Both the position numbers and the translations under genes were made by a program. The notes under the pieces were generated by a model. It saw nothing but the letters and a program-made list of their open reading frames with translations, made no database searches and had not been told where the DNA came from. Shown here piece after piece: positions 37,166 to 50,192 of a stretch of 64,000 bases of DNA. Numbering within the stretch: the stretch's first letter is position 1; each line of letters opens with the position of its first letter. Source of the DNA: Mizuhopecten yessoensis (lineage: Eukaryota); contig NW_018407563.1 in assembly GCF_002113885.1 (NCBI RefSeq), positions 507,187 through 571,186 of the forward strand, given 5' to 3'.

Positions 37166-38187
37166 ATTCAAACTCAAATGTCTGTTTTGATCATGTTTTA
37201 AAAGATGGCGCGTGCGACAACTATGAATTCTGTTATGGACTAGAGGAATAAATTCACACTATAAAAATACTTCTTATCATACAAATTCTAAAGGTCATCA
37301 GAAAATGTTAATATGCTGACAAAAAAATATTCATTTGAAGCGTAAGATACTGCAAAATTCAAGTCTTGATCCGATTTGGGTCCTGACATTCGCAAAAACC
37401 AGAGACGCTGATTGGTGACCTCAGAGCATTCTATAAATATCTCGAGTGAGCCCCGGGTGCTAATTTCGTTTGTAAGAACACCCATCGATATTCTTCCTTT
37501 GATGCAACCATAAATGAACATAATTCCTCATCAGATTTTTCAATGATTTAATAAAATGATGGTTTGGTGATCCAATTTTGGTACTGTCACCTTAAGCTGT
37601 GCAGACAGAGTCTCGGTCCTGCATTTATAGCGTACAAAGACTTAGTAGGCCTAGTACTAGTCAGGATGACCCTATACTGCCACACGTGGTAACAGCTAGG
37701 TCTAGGTTGAATACAAAACTTATTGCAGATAGTAAAACCAGCCCCTGGTAAAGACCGACCTTTCGTTACATAAGCTTAAGCATCAAGCTAACAATGCTGC
37801 ACCAAACGTCGATGAATCATTTGAAGACCTGTTTCGGTTGCCAGACTATTTGCAAATCGCTGAAAGTATATCACCGTTAGCTGACTGATTAGTGAACATA
37901 AACACTTAAGTTAACATCTATGAGGATATTGAAGAACTGACAATTAATACCAAACCATTTTACATTAGGAGGCTTCATACAAAATGTACTTTCTATATCT
38001 AACTGTCTTTGTATACTGCAGCGCCCTCTCTCGAGTACTCTGCAGCATGCAGGTTGCAGGTTGTTAAAGGTTTCCAAACAGTGCCTCAGTGATTGGCTAA
38101 TGGGCTGGTAGTAGCAATGGGATTAAAAGAAGGGAGTTGTGTGCATAATATTATGGCTATTTTTGGACATTGGTGTAAACAGAAAAT

Positions 38188-38462
38188 TAACAAGTGTAGA
38201 AGAAAAATGCACTGCCAGACTTGCGTGTGAACCCGGGACCCTTTAAACTCAAGACAGACACTAACCAATTGATTGAGCTGGCAACTGAACCAGTCCTTTT
38301 CTGCGATAGTCCTCCCGCCTTTAACAAAGTCTTCAACCCAGGAGACACACAAGACCACATACCACCTTCCGTGGATATATTTTGTTGGGTGTCATATGAA
38401 TTAGGAGAAGAAAAATGCATGGCCAGACCGGGGTTCGAACCTGGGACCCTCCAACTCTTAGA
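38188..38462 (-). mobile_element. tRNA-LTR TRIM (Helenus-like), degraded
   Basis: Two direct repeats with B-box GGTTCGAACC, PBS-like TGACACCCAAC (38384-38394), PPT AAAGGCGGGAGG (38311-38322). Confidence 0.55.
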
Positions 38463-38570
38463 TTGAATTCTGACGCTATATTTGAAAAAAAAGATGGAAT
38501 GTTAACATCATGGGATTATGATCATGAGAGTTCAGAGGGTCACCAGTTCAAATCCCAGTGTGGCTTTGCA

Positions 38571-39720
38571 TTTTAAGGTCACCTGAGCTTTGCGTCGTCC
38601 ATCCTGCGTACACTTTTTATTTTTTCGACTTCTAAGAACCAGCAGATGGAATTTTTCAAATTTGGTCAGAATCATTCTTGGTAGATGGATGTGGCTACAA
38701 AATTGTAAAATTGGGAAACCCCAGGGGCCAGGGCGGGAGGGGTTAAAATTTACTATAGTTTATATAGGGAAATAACACTTTTGGGTATATTTTGTTCATT
38801 TTCAGTAGGAAATTATTCTTGCTTGGTAAGAATCATCCTTGGAGGAAAATGGTATCAAATTTTAAAATTGGAATTCCTGCCCCAACCCCAGGGGCCAGAA
38901 GGGGGCCCAAAGGGAAAGTTAACCAATATTTCAAAAAAGTATCTTCTCCAGTCTCAGAGGTACTACAGTCAATTTCTCTGCATGGATGAAAAGATCATCA
39001 GGGTCTTTGTTTAAATTGTAAATTTCAGTACCCACAGGCCATCCATTCTCCTTTTGGGAGGGGGTAAAATTTACTATAGTTTATATAGGGAAATAACACT
39101 TTTGGGTATATTTTGGCAATGTTCAGTAGGAAATTATTCTTGCTTGTAGTGCAATCAAATTCTGTGCATGGATGAAAATTCTGTCGGGTGCTTAATCTAT
39201 TTTATTTTATTACCCCTGGGCCAAGCATTCTCCTTTGGGGAGGGGGAAAAGTTTATATAGGGAAATTATACTTTTGGGTATATTTTGTCCATTTTCAGCA
39301 GGGAATTATTCAAACATGGTTGGAATGTTTTTGATGCCAGATGGCAGTTAGATTTTATGAGAAAATAAGATCCTGCCCCATCCCCAGGGGCTGGAGGGGT
39401 GGGCCGAATGGGGATTATGGTTAAAATTTAAAAAATCTTCATCATCAGACTCCGATGTTTTACTGTTCATGGATAGAAAGGTCCCTACTAAAATTACCAT
39501 TACCTAAATTGTAAATTTCATAATCCCCCAGGTCATCTGGTATAATTCTCAATAGCAAAAAAAAATGTTTGAATAGTTTTTTAAAGTTCTTATCCTTTGG
39601 TGACATGACAAGTATTGTTTTTCACATGTTGCTTTCCACATCACATCTCAACAATGAAATTGAGCTGCTGGTACCTATACTATAACTCAGGTGATCGCTA
39701 AGGCCCTTGGGCCTCTTGTT
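38571..39720 (-). mobile_element. HINE-type element family C, with an inverted partial copy at 46894-47505
   Basis: GGTCACCTGAG sub-terminal repeat and GGCCCTTGGGCCTCTTGTT end; internal repeats. Confidence 0.75.
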
Positions 39721-40390
39721 ATATATGGCAGGTACATCACATGTAACCAGAGGCTGTTGCATGGTACCAGGTATTCTATTCTCGGGGGCACCTATAAAGG
39801 CTTTTTCATAGGGATCTTTATATTTTATGAAAAACCTTATTTTCACAGAGTTGGCGTACTTCACTTTGCAGAATGATTTATTCGACAGCGCATAATGTGC
39901 TAGACAGGAAAAAATCGTGATAGCCTCATGTACTTGTTCATATATGTGATAAGTACATGTGAAGCCGGTTCAAAGACGCATCGGTCTCCATTCCATATAC
40001 GCTCCATGTATAACCTCCTCAAAGTCACCTGGTCTCGTGTCGCTGCCGCTGGGCTAGTCCATTTTCATTTTGATGATGGGAAGCTTTATTTCTGAAGTAC
40101 ATATGATATTTGCAAAATGCATTTCTCATAAATTCACTACATACACATTTCTCAGTACTGTGTACTATTGTTTACTGGGTGTCAACTATATTGTACGCTA
40201 CTGCATTGTAATGACGACTTACTATAAACAAAGCATTGCATTCCGCACCACACAAATACCTCAGAAAATATCAAACCATGTCATTCCTTGATGTCAACAT
40301 CCATTCATGTTGATAAACGATACATTGTTCTTATACTTTTGCTTCATTGAAATCCATGTTTTTCAAATTTGGTCATTATTTATTTTGCAG

Positions 40391-40531
40391 GTTGCTTCGC
40401 CCTGGGTAACATGTTCAGTCAAATCGATGACCGTGGAGACAAAGCTGCTAAGTTATACCAGCACACCTGCGAAACATACAACCATGGGCCTAGTTGTTTT
40501 TACCTTAGCAACTATTTCTTTTTTGCAAGAG
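40391..40531 (+). CDS. COA7: COA7 exon 2 (GCFALGNMFSQIDDRGDKAAKLYQHTCETYNHGPSCFYLSNYFFFAR-G)
   Basis: ttttgcag / gttagt, 141 nt, phase 1-1; Sel1-like repeat aligning to GCYRL..AAKVLKFNCEENQHSDSCYKL. Confidence 0.88.
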
Positions 40532-40609
40532 GTTAGTTTTTTGCTTATCTGTCAGAAGGGCAATTTAGTGAGCTTATGCCATAGTGTGGTGTTTTTCTTT
40601 GAACACAAT

Positions 40610-42390
40610 TTTAGGTCACCTGAGCTTTGCTGTTAAAGATATCTTGATGATACTTTAGGTATAGGGAAATGTCACTTTTGTGTATATTTTGACAATTTTC
40701 TGTAGGAAATTATTCTTACTTGTTTGAGAATCATCCTTGGAGGAAGATGGTTTTCAAATTATAAAATTGGGATTCCAACCCAACCCTAGGGGCCAGGGTG
40801 GGCAAATGTCAATTTCTAGACCCCCCGAGCCATCCGTTTCCCCTTGGGGAGGGGAAAAAGTTTACTATACCAGGTAGTTAATATAGGGAAATAACACTTT
40901 GAGTATATTTTATCCATTAACGTGCCAGGTTTTGTTGGTGGAGGAAAGCCAGAGTTCCAGGAGAAATAACACCGACCTACGACCAGTACCTGGCGACTGC
41001 CCCATGAAGGTCTCAAAGCTGCGACACAGTGATGGAGGGCTAGTGGTAGCAGGATGTCAGACGCCTTAACCACTTGGCTAAGGCGTCTGACATTCTGAAT
41101 AACTAAGAGGCCTGGGATATTGATTTAGTGACATGCTGGGATGAAGATCAACCACAATTGCTCAAATAAATTACCTGACCCACTTTCAAATATGTTAAAA
41201 TACTTTTAGCATCTTCTTCCAAATAAATAGGTGGCCAAGAGTCACAGAATTAGGCAGGTAGCATACTGGGATAGTGAGCAAAGTTGTTCATTCATTCAAA
41301 CATATTTTATTGACATTTAACAGTCAAAGAGATTGGGCACAATTTCTTACAACTTATAATTACTAGGCCCTGTCCCTAGTGATGGGCTGATGATCCATTA
41401 TAATCTAAAATTGACCGGTTTGTCTTCCATGTAAAGTATGCTTTGAAAGTCATATTTTTAAGATTTATACTATATGATTGATAAAAATGTGCAAAAGTTG
41501 CTTGATATCCATTCATTATAAAAGAATGAAACCTAATGTACAGTGAACAACTCTGTCTATTGATGTGATGGTAGTGTTCTCACTTTATATGAGTATTCAG
41601 TCACGAAAAATTATAAACCGATTGTTGACCTACTTTCAAGGTCACAGCGGTCAAATATGTCAAACTCTTTAAACAACTTCTTCTGAAGAACTGAAAAGTA
41701 CAGAGTCTTTGTATTTGGCTGGTGACTTCCTGGAATAGAGCCCAACAAAGTTTGAGAATTAAAATGAACTTTACCTACTTTCAAGGTTACAGCGGTCAAA
41801 TATGTCAAACGCTTCAAACAACTTCTTCTGAAGAACTAAAAGGTATTGAATCTTCATATGTGGCTGGTTGCTTCCTGGGAAATAGCCCGACAAATTTTGA
41901 GAATGAAAATGATCTTGACTTACTTTCAAGGTCATATGGGTCAAATATGTTATAATCGAAAGGCATAAAATTATAATATTTGGCTGGTGGATTCCTGGGA
42001 TAGCGCTCACCAAAGTTTGCAAATGAAAATGACCTCAACCTAATTTATAGGTCGCAGAGGTCAACAACATTTCAAGGAATTTGTTCAGAAGAACCAAAAG
42101 GAAGATTTGGCTGGTAGCTTTTTAGGATAGAGCTAACAAAGTTTGAGAAAGAAAAAGACATTGACCTACTTACAAAGTCACAGGGAAAAATATGTCAAAC
42201 AACTTCTGAAGAAGAACCAAAAAGCATAGAATCTTATAATAATATTTGGCTGGTAGTTTCAACAGATGGAGCGGACAAAGTTTGGGAGGGAAATATTTGT
42301 AGTGCATTATAATATTTAATGAGAATATTTTGCTATGATCGACTGCTTAAATATTCGGGTGAGCAATACAGGCCCTCTGGGCCTCTTGTT
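40610..42390 (-). mobile_element. HINE-type element(s) with degenerate internal repeats and a nested SINE, in COA7 intron 2
   Basis: TTTTAGGTCACCTGAG start, GGCCCTCTGGGCCTCTTGTT end. Confidence 0.6.
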
Positions 42391-43199
42391 GTGTTTCAGG
42401 GTTTCAAGGTCAAGGCCAAGGTCACTGTTGCTATATATAGAAAATCATCAACTGATTCAATTTAAACACTTAGCAACTTCATTCTTTCACAGATTTTTGT
42501 CCAACTTAATATAAAGGTCAAATATGGGTTTGCCTCTGACATCCTTGTGTTTCAGGATGGTAATAACATACAGATTTTTTTTTTATTAAAATCAACTTAT
42601 CAACTTTAAGTGTAGTACCTTGTGTTTGTGCATGTTTCAGGGTATCAAGAACACTGAAACTAATTTCACATGGCAGCGGGGGCATGTATGTCTTACAGAC
42701 ATTTTCTAGTTTTTAGAAAAATGTTGTCATCGCTCTAGCGACTCAATTCCTCAACCGAATTTTAGGTCACTGTTACTATCTTTTAGAAAAATCTTTGTCA
42801 TTACTGTCATCACTCTAACGACTTCATTACTGAATGGAATTTCGTGAAACTTCATAAAAGTGTTCGCTATGTCGGTATTTCCTTGAACAATTGTTTTGTT
42901 TCAGGTTTCTAAGTTGAAGGTCAAGGTCACTGTTACTATTTATTTTTTTAAAGTTTGTCAACACTCTAGCAACTTAATTTTCTCTTTCATATGTCACAAT
43001 GTGTGAATGCTGGGGTGGGGTGGGGGGTTGTTAAATTTTATATTTCATTGCACATTTTGTCTATATTATTATTATGTTCTATGTATTGTATGATTTTGAG
43101 TCCGGTGAAGAATCCTGTACCAGAACAAAAATGATTAGCAACCCATCTTTAATAATGTGCCAACATCATTCTTATCACAATCTTATTGTTATTGTACAG

Positions 43200-43645
43200 G
43201 TGAACTGCGTAAAGACACGAAGAAATTTCTAGAGTATGCAAAAAAGGGGTGCCAATACCAGTGTGCCGGTGCTTGCATGCTACTCGCAGCTTTTTTTCAC
43301 CCAGCGCATACCAGAATCCCGTTCCGGGATGACAGTGATATGAAAATGAAAGACTTCAGCAAAACAGTGGACTACTATGAAAAAGCCTGCCAAATGAACA
43401 ATTCAGAAGGCTGTGTGAAGGCTGGATCAGCGTACTTATACGGAGCCACAAATTTAAACTTTGACAAAAATGAGGCGAAAGCTTTACCTTATTTCATTAA
43501 GGCGTGTGAGAACGGAGAAGGGCTAGGTTGTGCTCTTGCCTATCGTCAGTACAAAGATGGTCTAGGAGTTCAAGCTGACCAGAAACTTGCAGAGCTCTAT
43601 TCAGCTAAGTATGAAAATATAAATCGTGAAAAAAAGAGACAATAA
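43200..43645 (+). CDS. COA7: COA7 exon 3 (Sel1-like repeats to stop; full protein 224 aa)
   Basis: DYYEKAC..GC, FIKAC..GC..YKDGLGV..D.K.A repeats; AATAAA at 43760. Confidence 0.9.
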
Positions 43646-44156
43646 ATGTAATCACAAAGGATGATATATTTTTAAGAATGGAATTGTTTTGATACATTAA
43701 ATCTGATTTTTGTGCGGCAGGTCGTGTTTGTTTTGTTTTGTCCAGCTTTAGTAACAGACAATAAAATATTAAATCATGCAGCATTTCTCTGTTGACTTAT
43801 TATCAACAGTTATATAGAGCCCAATGTCATTAATAGCATTACTTAACGATGCTTTGTATTACATGTGTAACGATTATTCTAGAAACACAAAAAGATAGGT
43901 TTACCAATACAAACATACATTGCATCTACTAGAGAATGTTCATAGAGGTCATCGATCTTCGTGTGCATATAGGGTGACATGGTGTTTACCCAGATGGTTA
44001 TGAAAATTATGCTAACTACCGACTTAAAAACGGGAGTTCAATTTTATTTTTTATGTTAAAACAGTGCCAATAGCTTACTTATGTATGTAACTTCTAGATG
44101 TTTTTTATAGCACTCCTCGGCCCATACTCATGAAACCGTTCTCATGCTCAAGCAAG

Positions 44157-44925
44157 GTCATACCCACTGTTTATACAAAATTGAGTCCCCTTGGCCCAAG
44201 GATGCTCCAGACTCAATTAGGATAAAATCCCTTAATCCCTATGGTAGAAGAAGGATTTAAAAGGATTTACCTCTAGTTCCCCTATTGGGCCCTGCCTCCA
44301 GGGGGTTAGACACACCGTTTATACAAAATTGGTTCCCCTTCACCCAAGGAGGCTTCATACCAAATTTGGACAAAATCCTGTCATTCGTACAGAAGAAGGT
44401 ATTTGAAGAATTTGCTGTTTCCCCTATTGGGCCCCGCCTATTTGCCCCCAGGGGGGCCACACTCGCTGTTTATACAAAATTGCATCCCTTTTGCCCAAGA
44501 TCCTCCAGACCAAATTGGGAAGATATCCCTTCATCCCTATGGTAGAAGAACGATTTTAAAGATTAACCTCTATTTCCCCTATTGGGCCCCGTCCCCTTGG
44601 AGACCACACCTACTACCTATACAAAATTGGTTCCCCTTTACCCAAGGATGATTCAGACCAAACATGGAACAAATGCTTTGATTCCTACAGAAGAAGAAGG
44701 ATTTTAAAGAATTCGTTATATATCCCCTATTGGGCCCCGCCCCCAGGGAGGCCACACCCACCATTTATTAGTACCTCTGAGTCCTTTACCCAAGAATGCT
44801 TCAGACCAAATTTAGTCTAAATCTACTGGGCCGTTCAGGACAAGTAGCGTTTTGAAGGAAAAGTTGACCGACGGACACTGCGCCATGGCATAAGCTCACT
44901 TACCCCTTCGAGCAGGTGAGCTAAT
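44157..44925 (+). mobile_element. HINE-type element 3' part with about 150-bp internal units
   Basis: Repeated CCCTATTGGGCCC blocks; terminal hairpin AGCTCAC..GTGAGCT. Confidence 0.65.
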
Positions 44926-45729
44926 TATAATAAAAAGATCCGAGCCCAGAAGCTATGGTTCCCGCAGCTAACTCAGATGCACTCCATTCGATGTTGGGGT
45001 AAATTATCCAAATATGATAAATTATAATGTTGACGACGGCAGGCCAGAGATGTTGCACTACAGCATAATCTCATTTGGTCCTGCAGGCCAAGTGAGGTTA
45101 AAAAAAAAACTTAAACAGAAAATTGCACATTTGTGTTTTATTTACATAATAATCATTAATCAGGATACTTTATCAAAGTAATGCATAAATAATCATAATC
45201 AAAGTACATGACATCAAAACTAAAACAAAAACAATATATAGGAATCGATGCATTTGTGCATTTGATTCAGTGCGGTTAGCTAGACAATGTGTGAGACATG
45301 GAGTTCTATGCCACAACAGGACCCTGAAACATGAACTCTTGATTTGACTTAGTACTGAAAATCTAGTTTAGTTTCATCAAAATCTTACTCTAAATGAGGA
45401 GGGTGTTGACATGACAAACATCTTCATTCAAAAGTTGCATTGACTTTGGCTTCAGGACCCCGAGATATTGTCGGATATAACGGTAACCATTTCCTTTTTT
45501 TTTTTAAATGATGAGGCAGTTATACTGGTAGTCTATCTGTCCCATCAAATAGTTTGAAAATGAGAAATTTTTTGGATACAAAGTTTCCACTTGTCATCAC
45601 CCTCCTCCAGAAATACGATTAAGCTACAATAGTTCTAAAACTATCACACCATCTACCTAACGTGCCATATTCCAAGCAAAGTCAATGCTGATTAAAAGCA
45701 CACACTGGACATCAAGGTAAATGGCAAAA

Positions 45730-46080
45730 TTCTGGAACAGTCCACAGCTTCAAGTACATGTGTAACAGATGGGGTCAAAGCATGGCATACTCTCTAGGAT
45801 TGAACGGACTACAACACCTAACACGAAGACTGTTTTGAGTGACGGAAACATTATACAAGGCTCAAAGATAAGACTGATGTGCTCTTTTATCATCTCAGTA
45901 TGATTATGAGATGTGGACACAGACAGTGGACATAAAGAAGACACAGGAGACCATGGAGGTTAGGTGTTTTCCAAACCTCCTTGGCATCTGGGACAAGGAT
46001 CACATCACCAATGACGAGGTGAGGAGGCAGGTCTGTAAAAGTGAAGATGTCATTCATAACTACAATTATTGAGACTCCTA
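45730..46080 (+). mobile_element. Degenerate RTE-clade LINE fragment
   Basis: ..NIIQGSKIRLM.., MEVRCFPNLLGIWDKDHITNDEV typical of the RTE ORF C-terminus. Confidence 0.65.
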
Positions 46081-46893
46081 TGGGAGAGGGAGAGAACCAA
46101 GGTCCTGTTGGTAGGTAGTAGTATGAATCAAAGTTGGATGTAACCATCGGTATTCAGAAGAGCCTCATCAAGGAAGGTAAATACAAAGGATTTAAGATGG
46201 AGCTTCATCTGGATTCTGTAGGTTTTTTTTATCACTTTCCATGTTTCATCTAGCTAGGCTAGCCAGATGACAGCTAGGCTAGCTAGTTGAAACCTGTAAA
46301 CTGATCATAAAACTACGAAATCTAGATGTTGAAGCTCCAGCTTACATCTCATTTGTATTTTAATTCCCGATAATAAGCGTCTGGAAAGCAAGACTAAATC
46401 ATCCAGGCCCCGTCATTACTCTACTTTGATCATACACAAATTTGTGTGAAGTCGACAAACTTTGTTCATTACCTGTTTGCAAGATTTCTTGCTAGGGAAA
46501 TAAAATCATCACTTTGTTATTATCACAATTTGGTATAAGTGTGTTCATAGTAATTGTGTTTTACTGTATTGTTAAATGCATTCGTCCTATCAGATTTAAA
46601 TGTGACCCAACAACAGTGCACTGTACATCGTCTGTGGGTGATGCAGATATACACCTTGGCATACACCTTTAAATGTTTGCAACAATGAGACTTTTTGACC
46701 TTTGACCCTGGGGTTAAGGTCACAATTACATAATAAAAGAACCCTGCACATCATCTATGCAGACCTGCTAACCTTTGAATCTCCCAATGCATCACCCATA
46801 GACTATGGGTGATGCAGGTATACTTCAAGATTGATAAAGATAACTCTAAGGGTTTGGAAGTTATGCCGTGGACAAACTTTGATATAAAAAATA

Positions 46894-47505
46894 AACAAGA
46901 GGCCCAAGGGCCTTAGCGGTCACCTGAGTTATAGTATAGGTACTATATATAGCTTGTAGCTCATTTTCATTGTTGAGATGTACAAAATGTGGAAAACAAC
47001 ATGTAAACTAAGTGAAATACAATACTTGTTATGTCACCAAAGGATAAGAACTTTAAAAACTATTCAAAATAATTGTTTTGCTATTGAAAAATATACCCTG
47101 AAATTTACAATTTAGGTAAGGGTAATTTAGGTAAGGACCTTCCTATCCACGAACAGTAAAACATCTGAGTCTGATGAAGAAGATTTTTTAACACTTAACC
47201 ATAATTTGAATTTGGGCCCCACCCCTCCAGCCCCTAGGGATGGGGCAGGATCTTATTTTCTCATAAAATCTAATAGCCATATGGCATCATAATCATTCCA
47301 ACCAAGTTTGAATAATTTCCTGCTGAAAATGAATAAAATACACCCAAAAGTATTATTTCCCTATATAAACTAAAGTCAACTTTACCCCTCCCAAAAGGAG
47401 AATGGATGGCCCGGGGGTCCTGAAATTTACAATTTCGATAAAGCCCCTGATGATCTTTCCATCCATGCAGAGAAATTGACTGTAGTACCTCTGAGTCTGG
47501 AGAGG
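46894..47505 (+). mobile_element. HINE-type element family C, partial
   Basis: AAACAAGAGGCCCAAGGGCCTTAGCGGTCACCTGAG; reverse complement of 39240-39720. Confidence 0.75.
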
Positions 47506-49048
47506 AAGATTGTTGAAATATACCAACATCATACAATTTTTTTTCAAAATATCATTATTACACAAAAATGTCAGTAACACTAAGCTAATATTCAGATTAT
47601 CAGGACACAATCACATCGCCACAGATATCAATTTAAACAATAAGAAGAAAAAGATAAAATAAAACAAAAAAAAGATATTTTACAGATAATAATGATATGG
47701 TTCGGGTTGGGTATTTCAGTTTATGCTCTGTAATATTCAGGAGTTATGGCACTGTAAATGAGTAGTTGGAAATATGGACCCTTAACAAAACGGACACCTA
47801 CACCACCTCCAGCATACAAAAACACCAACAATTATAGAAGTACGAGAGATCATGTGGTAAGGCGTGTGTGAGTACGACTGTTCCCACACTCACTGGATTG
47901 TGTTGAATAATATATATATGTATTATATATGTATGTGTCATCCCTCAAATGTTTGGATAATTATCGTGCACTATGTAATAAAATATAATATTATCTAATT
48001 GTCACAGTAATAACAGAAACCAATAGCATACCATAAGCTAATAACTATTTTGGTAAATACTGTATTGAATAAAACAAGAATGATAAAAGTTTGTTAATAA
48101 CATTACTTCAAAAAAGTCCAACAAGAAATCAAATGACATACCAAAATTTGTAAGTAATAAAAACCGACGCTTCAAAGTATTCAGGATAGATAAGTTGTTG
48201 AAGGATGTAGCTTCCCAGTGACATATCTACTGCAATGTAATGGTCCTTCGAGCTTGCTGGCATTTAACTATTGTAATAAATCTAGTACTGAGTGTCAAAT
48301 GTATAGATATGTTTGATGAAGCTCTTACATTCACATACTCGTGAAGGTAAAAGTAAAATTTATACTCAAACTTTCCTGAGTGTTAAAAAGCTCCTGCAAT
48401 GTCTTAAGCATAAGAAATGAAAGGTGATAGGTATTTTTTGTGGTAAATAATATTGTATTAAAAAAAAGAAATTGTGATCGGTATCTAATAGTCAGATAGC
48501 CTCATTATCCTGTGGTACTTCTACTATACATAAAGAATTTGATAATGACCTGGTACCTAATTTTATTGACAAATACATGTATCTTGAGATTTTCACAGCA
48601 AATTAGGAGCTTTAAATTTTACTTTAATTCATGAGACTGTACGAGTAATAGAGAAAATTTATTGAGACTAAAAATCAAGATATATCTAAGTTATCCCATT
48701 CAGACTGTAAAAATTAGGCTATATTATTCAGGCATATTAAGGCATTTATTGACAAAATTAATTATATCGCCATTTATTAGAAACTTGTTGCACTTTTCTG
48801 ATTGAAACACTGACAAGACTTAAGGTACAGTGAGAGATTAATGAAATAACTTTGTTTACTGTCATTTTACTTGGTTAGGTGGACATAGCCTTTATTTCAT
48901 ACAGACACCAAGATAAGTAGGCTCTGTGTCTCCCTCACCTGGCTACCTTTACTGAAATGAGAAAACAAGATTACAAACATGATGTGCAGAGCAAGCTTCC
49001 TTTTTTCCCATTGCCTTTAGATGCCCTTACATTAGTACATTGTAATAT

Positions 49049-49361
49049 CATCCTCGATACTCCAGGGGTTAAACTCACTTTCACTATCTGCCCCCCAGGA
49101 ATATGTGATGGAGAAGACGAGGAGACTAGTTTGACCCTTTGATGTAACATTAAAATATCTGTCAGTCGTGTAACGGTAAAATGACTGGCTTTGATTTCGG
49201 GTGTTGCTCCTCTGTAATCTTCAAAAGATTCAAGTGATTGGTCAGTTGTTTTTTACTCGAGACCAATCAAATAGCTAGTAGTGTGCCTTCAATTTTGTTA
49301 TGACAATATTTCAGGGGTGCAGAGAGCAAAAGTGAACATAACCCCTGGAGTTTCGAGGATG
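49049..49361. mobile_element. Mutator-like MITE downstream of the CMPK1 stop
   Basis: TIR CATCCTCGATACTCCAGGGGTTA / TAACCCCTGGAGTTTCGAGGATG; 9-bp TSD TTGTAATAT / TAGTAATAT. Confidence 0.8.
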
Positions 49362-49961
49362 TAGTAATATGTGCCCTGCACTCCGTGCAGAAGGCACTGA
49401 AAAAAAGACAATCCAAAAAACTGGAAAGAAAGAATTACATTGAGTACTTATACAGTAAAACACATTTATACTGAACCACTACAGCTCTATAAAGTTCCCT
49501 ATAGAGTGTCATATTCATGACAATTCCTTGCCTGGAAACACAAATACAGGCAAGATTTATAAGAGACCCTATGTCACTGTACATCATACAGTAACTCCGC
49601 AATATAACGCCCTTCGCTTCATTTGCGCCTTCATTTACCACCAATATATTTCAATGTGACTTTTTTCTTGTTTTCTTAAGAATTCTTTGATAAACTTTCC
49701 TCAATATATTGCCATACCCCATTATAATGCCAAAATTTATCTTGACAAATGGTGGCAGTATAGCTAGGTTTTACTGTATGCTAATTAATTGTTTACCAAA
49801 AATATTGTACAATTCCACATACTAGAGTGCTATATTAGAAATAGTATTAATGTTCACTAGTATCTCATCTACATAACTAATAATGATCCCTCACTGCCAT
49901 GGCTTGAAAGCTTTGTAGGCAAAGCAACAACTTTAATTCTTCTTAAACATAACGCCTGTTA

Positions 49962-50000
49962 TTATAATCCTGATATGATTTTTTCCACATCTTCAAAAAC
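49962..50000 (-). CDS. CMPK1: CMPK1 exon 6 (VFEDVEKIISGL*); total 198 aa
   Basis: tttcag acceptor; matches VFDEVVQIF-type terminus. Confidence 0.93.
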   Translation of the reverse strand, partial: VFEDVEKIISGL

Positions 50001-50192
50001 CTGAAAGTACAAATGAAATACAGTCAGTTGAAATATAATGAAATAATATTCACTTTAAAAGTTTATGTTAGAACATTACATTTAAGGAAATTGAAGTAAA
50101 TTCTTTTTATAGCATTAAAAGAATGTATGTGACTATTTCTAAGTAAAAAATGTTCTATCTGAGAAAAAGATTCATCGTATGGGCATTATTTC

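Noticed and set aside
43095-43140. Possible second Penelope hammerhead (CCGGTGAAGAATCC..)
   Set aside because: Core and stem II too degenerate to support
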